Shown in pieces: positions 56,757 to 64,000 of a DNA stretch of 64,000 bases. This DNA comes from a virus. Both the position numbers and the translations under genes were made by a program. A model generated the notes under the pieces. It saw only the letters and a list, made by a program, of their open reading frames with translations, searched no databases and had not been told where the DNA came from. The stretch is taken from positions 2,903-66,902 of IMG/VR virus record IMGVR_UViG_3300030104_003441; one strand, given 5' to 3'. Each line of letters opens with the position of its first letter. Within the stretch, counting starts at the first letter, position 1.

Positions 56757-56969
56757 ATGAAATGTCCAAAATGCAATAACACAATACCAACTGGCCGCGT
56801 GCGCCTTGGTTACAAAGTATGTGTCAACTGTTCTACTGTAGAGCGTTATGGTTGTGCACCGCTTATAAACCACAAGACAGGCAACTCAATACAAATTATG
56901 TCCAGCAGTGATGCTGCTCGTATTGCCAAGCTTACAAGGCGTCGCGGTTATGGTACAATGCTAAAATAA
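56757..56969 (+). CDS. C4 zinc-finger protein (TraR/DksA-type finger spacing)
   Basis: CPKC...IPTGRV.LGYKVCVNCS matches the CxxC..IP..R......CxxC pattern. Confidence 0.55.
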   Translation: MKCPKCNNTIPTGRVRLGYKVCVNCSTVERYGCAPLINHKTGNSIQIMSSSDAARIAKLTRRRGYGTMLK

Positions 56970-56970
56970 T

Positions 56971-57327
56971 ATGAATAAAGAAAATTTACAAACAAAGTTA
57001 GAAGCGCTAGAGGCTAACGTACAAGCAAAACAAAATGAATTAGGTGTTGCTATGTCAGAAGCTCAAATGGCGCGAGAAGAACTAGCTAATGCAGGTAAGC
57101 CTGAATTATCAGCAGACAAGGCTTCAGATCTAGTGGATTTGTTACAAGGTATGTTTCACGATATACTAAATGACTGTGACACTAGCGACCTAAGCCCAGA
57201 GTTCAGTATAGGCTACGATAACACTATCGAACTCGACTGTCTTGACATGAGCAGCATCGAAGTACATAGCTGTGATATCGAGTCTGTACTAGAGCAGATA
57301 TTCAATATAATGCCTGACAATAGCTAG
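56971..57327 (+). CDS. coiled-coil acidic early protein
   Basis: N-terminal heptads, acidic C-terminus. Confidence 0.65.
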   Translation: MNKENLQTKLEALEANVQAKQNELGVAMSEAQMAREELANAGKPELSADKASDLVDLLQGMFHDILNDCDTSDLSPEFSIGYDNTIELDCLDMSSIEVHSCDIESVLEQIFNIMPDNS

Positions 57328-57329
57328 TT

Positions 57330-57680
57330 AAGCACGACGGTGCAAGGTGTAGTAGAGCATATGTTGAAAATATTTCAAACTACTACATAACGGGTCAAGG
57401 TAGTCTACGCTACCGTAATGCCACCTAAAGTAGGACACGGGTAATTACCGTATTAAAGGCAATGACTACGCGTTGATCGCAGGTAGACCTGACGAAGGTA
57501 TCGCTGGTTAGGGTAACCGCCAGGACCATTACTCAGCAGCAATTCCGCTGTAAGAGCATGGGTACAAAGCCGGGTCAACGCTTTATATAAGAGTAACGGT
57601 TGGTTAGGGTCTAGTGCAGCTGATCTTAAGGTCAAGCACAATAAGAAACAATTCCGCAGGTTCGATTCCTGCTACTCTTA
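57330..57680 (+). ncRNA. candidate ~350-nt structured ncRNA ending in a tRNA-like domain
   Basis: Free of long + strand ORFs, GC-enriched, many hairpins, terminal GCAGG-TTCGATT-CCTGC T-arm stacked on AAGAGTA/TACTCTT. Confidence 0.65.
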
Positions 57681-57710
57681 CAAACTAAACACGAATACTA
57701 ACGGATAATA
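57680..57710 (+). promoter_or_regulatory. class A early promoter copy 7 (leaderless geometry)
   Basis: ACAA-ACTAAA-CACGA-N8-GGATAATA; ATG at 57716. Confidence 0.8.
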
Positions 57711-57715
57711 TTAAC

Positions 57716-57904
57716 ATGAAAGACTATATTACACAAGAGCTGTCAATGCTCGATCGTAGCATCGTAGCTACACCACACACCAAAGAAGACCTAGAGTCTT
57801 TTGCTAAAGCAAACAATGGTTGTAGCGATATACTACTTATGCAAATGGCAATGCAATACGGCTATAAGCTAGCATTAGAAAACTTAGAAACAGAATTAAT
57901 ATGA
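57716..57904 (+). CDS. early hypothetical protein
   Basis: Starts at predicted +1. Confidence 0.65.
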   Translation: MKDYITQELSMLDRSIVATPHTKEDLESFAKANNGCSDILLMQMAMQYGYKLALENLETELI

Positions 57905-58137
57905 GACAAACCTTATACCAAAGACTAACACCAGAGTGCAAAGAAGCTCTAGATCATAACTCTAAGCGTTGGCATGGCGCAACTAACAAAATAGTTAGCG
58001 TGCTATCGTCACATAAATTCTGGTCTGATTTAAGAGTAGGCGACGTACACTTTGTTGTACAGTTCGTAGATCTACCATTTGGAAAAATAACAAGCGGAAC
58101 ATATGCGTTCGGCGAAAACATTATTAAAGATGACTGA
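57901..58137 (+). CDS. early hypothetical protein
   Basis: ATGA overlap. Confidence 0.6.
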   Translation: MRQTLYQRLTPECKEALDHNSKRWHGATNKIVSVLSSHKFWSDLRVGDVHFVVQFVDLPFGKITSGTYAFGENIIKDD

Positions 58138-58408
58138 AAAAGAAAAAGCACTAGAAATGTTACCTAATTGGTTTCAAGGTGAAGTATATGAATTAGGCGA
58201 TGAAGTTCGTAATCCATTTAGTGGTGAAACGTGCTTACTTGACGCAGCAGAGTTAAGTATGTACGACCACATTAAAGGTTTAGAACTAGCAATAATAATG
58301 AACATACCTATATTTGACTTAGGTGATAAATATATTGACATTATAGACAAAGGTAAAGATTGGTTTTTGATTAAAAACCCTAACGCATACATGATACTAA
58401 TAGACTAA
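58130..58408 (+). CDS. early hypothetical protein (start likely 58130)
   Basis: LPNWFQG...VRNPFSGE...ELSMYD.IKG...NPNAYMILID. Confidence 0.65.
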   Translation: MTEKEKALEMLPNWFQGEVYELGDEVRNPFSGETCLLDAAELSMYDHIKGLELAIIMNIPIFDLGDKYIDIIDKGKDWFLIKNPNAYMILID

Positions 58409-58511
58409 TGAAGACACTAATATGTATATTATTTTTTTACGTAGTTTTAGGCGCGTATTTTGAGTATCAAAACAGACAAGAAAACGAAGACGAAATAGAA
58501 AGAGATTCATC

Positions 58512-58862
58512 ATGAGTACAAGAGCAACAATAAGGTTCGCAACACGCGAAGAAGGTGTACCTTTTGACAAACACCCAGAGCAATGGCACGCACAGTTCTA
58601 CAACCATTGGGACGGTTATCCTGAAGGATTAGGTGTAGAGATCGCAGAGTCATTTACTAATTATCGTAAAATAGAAGGCTGGGAAGTAGAAGCCCTTGAT
58701 ATTGTACACGGCGATGTAGAATACATATACTACATATGGCAGTGTCACGGTAAATCAGAGCCTTGGATTAGTATATTTAATGTTGACTGCGAGTGTGAAT
58801 TTGTAGGTACACCAGATATGTTACTAAAGAAATACAAACTAAATACGAACGATGACGGATAA
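58512..58862 (+). CDS. conserved phage hypothetical protein
   Basis: MSTRATI...YNHWDGYPEGLG...EYIYYI motif. Confidence 0.7.
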   Translation: MSTRATIRFATREEGVPFDKHPEQWHAQFYNHWDGYPEGLGVEIAESFTNYRKIEGWEVEALDIVHGDVEYIYYIWQCHGKSEPWISIFNVDCECEFVGTPDMLLKKYKLNTNDDG

Positions 58863-58864
58863 TA
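58834..58864 (+). promoter_or_regulatory. class A early promoter copy 8 (leaderless geometry)
   Basis: ACAA-ACTAAA-TACGA-N8-GGATAATA; ATG at 58870. Confidence 0.8.
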
Positions 58865-58869
58865 ATAAT

Positions 58870-59715
58870 ATGATGAGACATAAACCAATGCTGGCGTATC
58901 CAGTCAGCGATAAACCAATTGACTACAGCGATCCTGTATTCATGCAACCAAAGCTTGACGGCGTACGCTGCCTTATACAGTGTGACAAAAGCAAGGTAAC
59001 CGCATGGTCACGCACGGGTAAACAGTGGCTTAACATCGATCACATCTTGTTTAACTTGCAACCTTTTTTCAAGTTTCACCCAAATGTAGTACTTGATGGC
59101 GAGCTATATAACCACGACTTACGTGATGATTTCGAGCAAATTATCTCTTGCGTGCGTAAGACTAAACCAACAGATCAACACCGCTTTGATTCAGCTAGAC
59201 TTGTGCAGTTTCACTGCTACGATATAGTTGGCAAAGGTATGCATCTTCCATATGCTAAACGCGCAGAGTGGATCGGCGAAAATGTCATGCCTAACCACTG
59301 CGTCAAACGCGTGCAAGCTTATGTTGTTGGCTGTGAAGATCAAGCTAAGGCTTATCACCAGAAAAACCTAGACAAAGGTTACGAAGGCTCTATACTACGT
59401 CTTAACACTGAGTACCAAGAAAAGCGTTCTCATAGCTTGCGTAAGTTCAAAGACTTCCACGACACCGAAGCAGAGATTATTGGTTGGGTTGAAGGCAAAG
59501 GCAAGCGTGTAGGCACGATCGGTAAGTTCTTGGCTCGTGATGCTGATGGCATCGAGTTCGGTATGCCTGTTATGGATAACTTCAAGTACCTACAGGCTAA
59601 CTTCAAAGCTATGCAAGGCTGGGTTGGCAAAACTGCTACGTTTACTTACTTCGAGCGTACTAAAGCTAACAGCTATCGTCATCCACTGTTCAAATGTATA
59701 CGCGACTACGAATGA
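58870..59715 (+). CDS. lig: ATP-dependent DNA ligase (start likely 58870)
   Basis: KPMLA, QPKLDGVRC (motif I), LDGELY, YEGSILR, RHP motifs. Confidence 0.9.
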   Translation: MMRHKPMLAYPVSDKPIDYSDPVFMQPKLDGVRCLIQCDKSKVTAWSRTGKQWLNIDHILFNLQPFFKFHPNVVLDGELYNHDLRDDFEQIISCVRKTKPTDQHRFDSARLVQFHCYDIVGKGMHLPYAKRAEWIGENVMPNHCVKRVQAYVVGCEDQAKAYHQKNLDKGYEGSILRLNTEYQEKRSHSLRKFKDFHDTEAEIIGWVEGKGKRVGTIGKFLARDADGIEFGMPVMDNFKYLQANFKAMQGWVGKTATFTYFERTKANSYRHPLFKCIRDYE

Positions 59716-59823
59716 GAAGACTTATATACGACTTATATTATGCTGACGAGATCAGTGTAGACATAGCTATAAAGCTATTAGATAAATTAGAACAAATTAG
59801 AAACAAAAGAAAAGGATATTAAA

Positions 59824-60033
59824 ATGGGAAACATGAGTTACTGCCGCTTCGAAAATACGCTAGCGGATATGCGCGACTGTCTATACGCAATTGAAGCTGG
59901 TTTAGACGTAGAAGAATTATCAGATTACGAGATCAGCGCTTTGCACGATTTTACACACGTGGCTAAACAAATAGCTGACTACCAAGGTAGAGTTGATAAC
60001 GTTATTGAGGAATTTAAAGAGATAAATGGATAG
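59824..60033 (+). CDS. conserved phage hypothetical protein
   Basis: MGNMSYCRFENTLADMRDC. Confidence 0.65.
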   Translation: MGNMSYCRFENTLADMRDCLYAIEAGLDVEELSDYEISALHDFTHVAKQIADYQGRVDNVIEEFKEING

Positions 60034-60189
60034 ATTAGAGAATAGATTAAAAGCTTACGAACGACTAGTTGAATCACAAGAAAAGACTATCAAGCTGCTT
60101 GAGATGCATCTACGTAACGAGAAATTAAAAAACAACAACTTGTCAGACCTATATAGATCAGGCAACGGTATAACGTCAGTAGAAGATTA

Positions 60190-60669
60190 ATGAATATATT
60201 TTATTTGCATGAAGATCCGCGTAAAGCAGCTGAGTATCAGTACAATAAGCACGTCGTCAAGATGATCTTAGAGTCTGCTCAGATGCTTTGCACGGCCCAT
60301 CACCACTACGGTAACGGTGATAATGTACCTTATAAAAAGGCTCATTATAATCACCCGTCAACTAAATGGGTTAGAGAAAACTCTCTGCATTATGATTGGC
60401 TGTATGAGCATATGATGGCTTTAGGTAGTGAGTACAAACGTAGATATGGTAGAACGCATATGTCTATAGATAAGTGCGGTCATTTACATGAAGCGCCTGC
60501 TGATATACCACATGAGCCGTTTGAACAACCACCGCAAGCTATGCCTGACGAATATAAAGACAACTGTAGTCTGCAGGCTTATTGGAACTATTACATAGAC
60601 GCGAAAAGAGCAATAGCAAACTTAAAAACCGAAGAAACATATGAACAAAGACCTAAAGAAACGTATTAA
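60190..60669 (+). CDS. pyrimidine-dimer DNA glycosylase / DenV-like protein
   Basis: MNIFYL...KHVVKMILESAQML...HYNHP..W...EY..RYG..H...PPQAMP. Confidence 0.75.
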   Translation: MNIFYLHEDPRKAAEYQYNKHVVKMILESAQMLCTAHHHYGNGDNVPYKKAHYNHPSTKWVRENSLHYDWLYEHMMALGSEYKRRYGRTHMSIDKCGHLHEAPADIPHEPFEQPPQAMPDEYKDNCSLQAYWNYYIDAKRAIANLKTEETYEQRPKETY

Positions 60670-60738
60670 GGAATTTAACCGCATTAGTTACAAAGATAAT
60701 TCTAATAGAATTATTGTAGCAACCCTTAAACCGGCTAG

Positions 60739-60784
60739 TGTGACAATAGCCCCTAATAGTACTAAGTAACAGGCTTATGTCACA
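60739..60784. repeat. palindromic element B (inverted homolog of 53718-53764)
   Basis: TGTGACAATAGCCCCTAATAGTA...AGGCTTATGTCACA; overlaps the ATG at 60777. Confidence 0.7.
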
Positions 60785-61400
60785 GTATGAACGCAACTTA
60801 GAGCTGTTAAACAAGAGACGCATCGTATATAGAAGAGATCCTATAACAGATACACCTGATATAGAAAATGATATGTATATGTTCTTTGAAAACGGCACAC
60901 ATCAATGCTATGATCTATTTAAGAGCACAGCAAAGATAACCACCTACAAGAGTCTTAAGTGGCACTTGTTAGTGCTGTGGTATCTAAATCCAGGTATGGA
61001 TCAAGATGAATTTATGGATATAGCTTTTGAAATATCTGCTAAGACAAATGGTTTTGTTAGTTTTAACATGCCGCCTAACTTATTAGAAAAAATAGTATAT
61101 GAAGTCAGCATACAAGAGATTAAAGAACCACCGAAAAACAAACTCAGAAAAGTTATTTTCAAAATGTTTTCAGGGCTTACCAAAGAGCAGAAACTACGTA
61201 TTGTAGGTAAGCTTATTGGTAGATCAAATAAAACGCATCCTGACGACATTTATCAGGCTATGATAGATATACATGACTTAGGCCAAAAGATTACGATAAA
61301 ACGTATCTCTGAGGCTCTAAGGGTATCATCTAGGACCGTGCATAGATATATGTGCGAGGATTTAAAACGTGAAAAAGAATTATTAAACAAACAACTATGA
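60777..61400 (+). CDS. HTH DNA-binding protein, possibly replication-initiator-like (PriCT-like plus HTH)
   Basis: C-term ITIKRISEALRVSSRTVHRYM helix-turn-helix. Confidence 0.6.
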   Translation: MSQYERNLELLNKRRIVYRRDPITDTPDIENDMYMFFENGTHQCYDLFKSTAKITTYKSLKWHLLVLWYLNPGMDQDEFMDIAFEISAKTNGFVSFNMPPNLLEKIVYEVSIQEIKEPPKNKLRKVIFKMFSGLTKEQKLRIVGKLIGRSNKTHPDDIYQAMIDIHDLGQKITIKRISEALRVSSRTVHRYMCEDLKREKELLNKQL

Positions 61401-62152
61401 AGTGTTATAATGTACAAAACTACATCCGTTATAAAAAAGATATAAAGCAGATAGTAAAACGCACTGACTTTTGTAGACCATGGGATGAGATGACTCGCGA
61501 TGAACTAGTTACCTTATTTCTACCTCTTGCAGAAAACCTAGCTAGAAAGTTTTCAACAACTCAGCAAGCTAGCGGTGTAATGACTATTAATGATCTTATA
61601 CAAGAAGCTAATAAAAATTTAGTTATTGCTGTAGATAAAATTAGCTGGGATACTATATATGAAGCTGAAGACCCAGAGCAAAGACTTAAATCATTTTTGT
61701 CAAAAAGAATTAAAGGCGGCGTGCGAAGAGCTGTAGATATAAACCGAGGCACTATGCGTATACCTGAGCACAAGCTAAATGAAATACGTAAAAATGATAA
61801 AGACAGAAGTCAATTAGAAATATTTTTTAACTCAGTGTTTGTTAGTTTAGATAAAATGCTGGACGACGCAAATATAGGGTTTGAAGTGCCTGATAAAATT
61901 AAAAGCTATAACCCCGAACTACTGTGTTCTTATTTGCTTAATTTACTAAATCAGCATTTAACAGATCGAGAGTCCGATGTCATAAAGTTTAGCTTTGGTT
62001 TAGGTTGTGATAAGCTGTCAGCGAAGCAAATAGCAGATAAGCTAGACATAAGAGGCGACAGCGCTTACGTACGCATATCGCAGTTAAAAAAGCAAGCGAT
62101 TGATAAACTTGTAGAAAACGTAGACTACTCGCAAGTGGTTGACTTTCTATAG
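61397..62152 (+). CDS. sigma70-family RNA polymerase sigma factor
   Basis: Region 2 LAENLARKF...DLIQEAN..LVIAVDK...IKGGVRRAV...MRIP; region 4 LTDRESDVI...FGL...KQIADKL...RISQLKKQAIDKL. Confidence 0.9.
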   Translation: MKCYNVQNYIRYKKDIKQIVKRTDFCRPWDEMTRDELVTLFLPLAENLARKFSTTQQASGVMTINDLIQEANKNLVIAVDKISWDTIYEAEDPEQRLKSFLSKRIKGGVRRAVDINRGTMRIPEHKLNEIRKNDKDRSQLEIFFNSVFVSLDKMLDDANIGFEVPDKIKSYNPELLCSYLLNLLNQHLTDRESDVIKFSFGLGCDKLSAKQIADKLDIRGDSAYVRISQLKKQAIDKLVENVDYSQVVDFL

Positions 62153-62161
62153 TTTACTCGT

Positions 62162-62190
62162 GTAAAAACGTAGATAAATGTGTAATTATA
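62162..62190 (+). promoter_or_regulatory. class B promoter motif
   Basis: GTAA-N14-GTGTAATTATA immediately after the sigma gene, before the recombination genes. Confidence 0.7.
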
Positions 62191-62211
62191 TATATGTAAA
62201 CCATATACCAA

Positions 62212-62760
62212 ATGAAAGAATTAAACAACAAATTAGCACAAGTCCAGACTAAGCTAAAGGCTAAAAAGTCTAGCTACAACTCGTTTGGCAAATATTACTT
62301 CCGAAAGTCGGAAGATATACTAGAAGCGATAAAACCGTTTCTCCTCGAGCTCGATGTGTCTGTCGTAATTAAAGAACAGATCATAGCTACAGAACCTGTA
62401 CCGATGCTTGAGTCCTCAGCAATTTTCTCGGATGGTGAAAACCAGATAACAGCCACAGCGGTTGTAGGTGTCGACTTGACTCAAAAAGGCATGCAGACAT
62501 CTCAACAATTTGGCGCGGCAAGTACTTATGGAAAGAAGTACGCGTTAGGTAATCTATTACTAATAGACGATACTGAAGACGCAGACGCATCTAACACCCA
62601 CGGAAAAGCAGCAGCAGTAGCGGCTAAGCCTAAGCCGAAGATTACTGTAGAACAATTTAACAAGGCAAAAGATTACTTAAAAAATGGAGGAAAACTCGAA
62701 GCTATTAAAACCAAGTATACGCTTACCTCTAAGCAAGAGGAACAGCTAACGGCGCTATGA
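62212..62760 (+). CDS. ERF-family ssDNA annealing protein
   Basis: KSSYNSFGKYYFR..EDILEAIKP...Q.GAASTYGKKYAL..L.I..TEDAD. Confidence 0.85.
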   Translation: MKELNNKLAQVQTKLKAKKSSYNSFGKYYFRKSEDILEAIKPFLLELDVSVVIKEQIIATEPVPMLESSAIFSDGENQITATAVVGVDLTQKGMQTSQQFGAASTYGKKYALGNLLLIDDTEDADASNTHGKAAAVAAKPKPKITVEQFNKAKDYLKNGGKLEAIKTKYTLTSKQEEQLTAL

Positions 62761-63494
62761 AGAAAGACGAAATAATCGAACGACTAAGAAACGACGAGGA
62801 TTACTACGGTGATTACGGTAATAAGTTTCTAAGTAACTCACATATAGGTAAGCTACTTAAAAACCCTATGTCTCTGTATGATAAAACGCCTGATAATCCT
62901 AACTTCAAAGTCGGAGGATATTTCCACACTGCAATACTAGAACCTGATAAACTTAAGTCATTTAAGATCATAGACGCAACAACTCGTAACACTAAAAAGT
63001 ATAAAGAAATATCTGGTGGTGAGGTTTGTTTGCTGCAACACGAAGTTGATATGATCGAGGTAATGGTAGATAAAATGATGGCTAATGATATATGCAGAGA
63101 CCTTATCCAACCTGTGTTGGGTAACGTCCAGTATGAAGAACCAGGTATTGTTAGGCTATATGACAATATGTGGAAAGGTAAGGCTGATATTATAAACCAC
63201 GATGAAAAACTTATTATCGACCTTAAAACTACAAGCGATATAGAAAAGTTTAGGTGGTCAGCGTCTAAGTTTAATTACGACAGCCAAGCCTATATATACA
63301 GACACCTGTTTGGTTACGATATGCTATTTATAGCTATCGACAAAAACACACATCAGATTGGTCTGTTTGACTGTTCACCTAACTTTTATAAGTCAGGTAA
63401 AGAAAAAGTAGAAAAAGCTAGTGAGATCTTTGATTTATTTTACAAAGATAAAGACTTTGATCCACTACAACATTTAACAACAACAACTTTATAA
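62757..63494 (+). CDS. RecE/ExoVIII-like PD-(D/E)xK exonuclease
   Basis: LSNS, G.YFH..ILEP, WKGKAD...IIDLKTT, Y..QA..Y. Confidence 0.8.
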   Translation: MKKDEIIERLRNDEDYYGDYGNKFLSNSHIGKLLKNPMSLYDKTPDNPNFKVGGYFHTAILEPDKLKSFKIIDATTRNTKKYKEISGGEVCLLQHEVDMIEVMVDKMMANDICRDLIQPVLGNVQYEEPGIVRLYDNMWKGKADIINHDEKLIIDLKTTSDIEKFRWSASKFNYDSQAYIYRHLFGYDMLFIAIDKNTHQIGLFDCSPNFYKSGKEKVEKASEIFDLFYKDKDFDPLQHLTTTTL

Positions 63495-63504
63495 ACCATA
63501 AACC

Positions 63505-63675
63505 ATGGCAAGACAAAGAAAAAAGACCTGTGATGTAACAGGCATTACAACAAGTGAAAGGAATTTTTACGCAAAACAATCTCACTTAAAACCTGTTGAT
63601 AATTTAAGGCGCAACACTGGTGCTACTAAAGATCAGATGAGGCGTATGTTTAACCAATTAGCTACAATACAATAA
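63505..63675 (+). CDS. small hypothetical protein (56 aa, not in ORF track)
   Basis: MARQRKKTCDVTGITTSERNFY...; TAATG overlap with the next gene. Confidence 0.6.
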   Translation: MARQRKKTCDVTGITTSERNFYAKQSHLKPVDNLRRNTGATKDQMRRMFNQLATIQ

Positions 63676-63989
63676 TGGCAAGTATTTTAAAAACAAGTAT
63701 CAATTTAAACGCTATTCCTAAGGATAAAATCATTAACGGTAAAAAAGGTAAGTATTTACCTATTACAATTACTGTTAACGACGACTTAGATCAGTTTGGC
63801 AATCAAGGGCCTGTGTGCGTCGATCAGACGAAAGAGGAACGTGATGCTAAAACTGCTAAGACTTACTTAGGTAACGTTAAGGTTGTATGGACAAACGGCG
63901 ACAACGTAGAGCCTGCACCTCGCGATGCAGCACCTGCGCCACCGAAACAAGCACCAGTACCTGATGAGGTAGAAGACCTACCATTCTAG
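63675..63989 (+). CDS. single-stranded DNA-binding protein (Bacteroidota phage type)
   Basis: GKKGKYL...DQFGN...YLGN core; Pro/Ala linker; acidic DLPF tail. Confidence 0.7.
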   Translation: MASILKTSINLNAIPKDKIINGKKGKYLPITITVNDDLDQFGNQGPVCVDQTKEERDAKTAKTYLGNVKVVWTNGDNVEPAPRDAAPAPPKQAPVPDEVEDLPF

Positions 63990-64000
63990 TATGAACGTAG

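Noticed and set aside
57330-57590. RNase P RNA
   Set aside because: Only vague echoes (GTAAGAGC); the conserved GAGGAAAGTCC and 3' P4 strand are absent
57453-57641. Minus-strand 62-aa ORF
   Set aside because: Non-ATG start, antisense to the early transcript, overlaps the structured RNA
57588-57683. Canonical tRNA (Leu-TAA or Sec) or tmRNA
   Set aside because: No clean D-stem or 5-bp/7-nt anticodon arm, no UCA anticodon, no GGGG 5' end or G3-U70 pair, and it ends ACAA rather than NCCA; kept only as tRNA-like
53891-58864. CRISPR array interpretation of the eight repeats
   Set aside because: Intervals range from ~100 to ~1400 bp and contain genes, the repeat has variable internal spacers, and no cas genes are present
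1-64000. Alternative genetic code, introns/inteins, integrase or reverse transcriptase
   Set aside because: Genes are full length and tightly coupled in the standard code; terL and nrdJ look uninterrupted; no integrase or RT motifs recognised

Overview
The window is about 64 kb of a lytic, podovirus-type dsDNA phage genome whose host is almost certainly a Bacteroidota/Flavobacteria cell. The host call rests on a T9SS-sorted protein and A-rich initiation regions lacking Shine-Dalgarno sites. There are three blocks. (1) 1-3654 (+): nucleotide-metabolism genes (GIY-YIG-like/MazG fusion, endonuclease, class II RNR) ending at a bidirectional terminator. (2) 3705-53662 (-): late block with terminase, portal, scaffold, major capsid, tail and ejection proteins, a 3520-aa polyvalent virion protein, GroEL/GroES, holin/endolysin, an envelope-protein cassette and a family of Lys-rich MAFKMK proteins. 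(3) 53890-64000 (+): early small genes, ligase, DenV-like glycosylase, HTH protein, sigma70-family factor, ERF/RecE/SSB. The best candidate for an undescribed system is a two-sigma transcription cascade. Eight copies of a rigid, non-host early promoter (ACAA-N6-YACGW-N8-RGATAATA; five positioned for leaderless mRNAs) co-occur with a sigma2/sigma4-like segment inside the giant virion protein, bounded by repeated RLAS motifs next to an HExxH protease domain. A second promoter class (GTAA-N14-GTGTAA, four copies) is the likely target of the free phage sigma factor. Also notable: two structured non-coding RNAs ending in tRNA-like minihelices, a pair of inverted palindromic elements bracketing the early region, a G-quadruplex-type tract at the strand switch, and a 15-aa four-Cys micropeptide. 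All functional calls come from reading motifs by eye; no searches were run.
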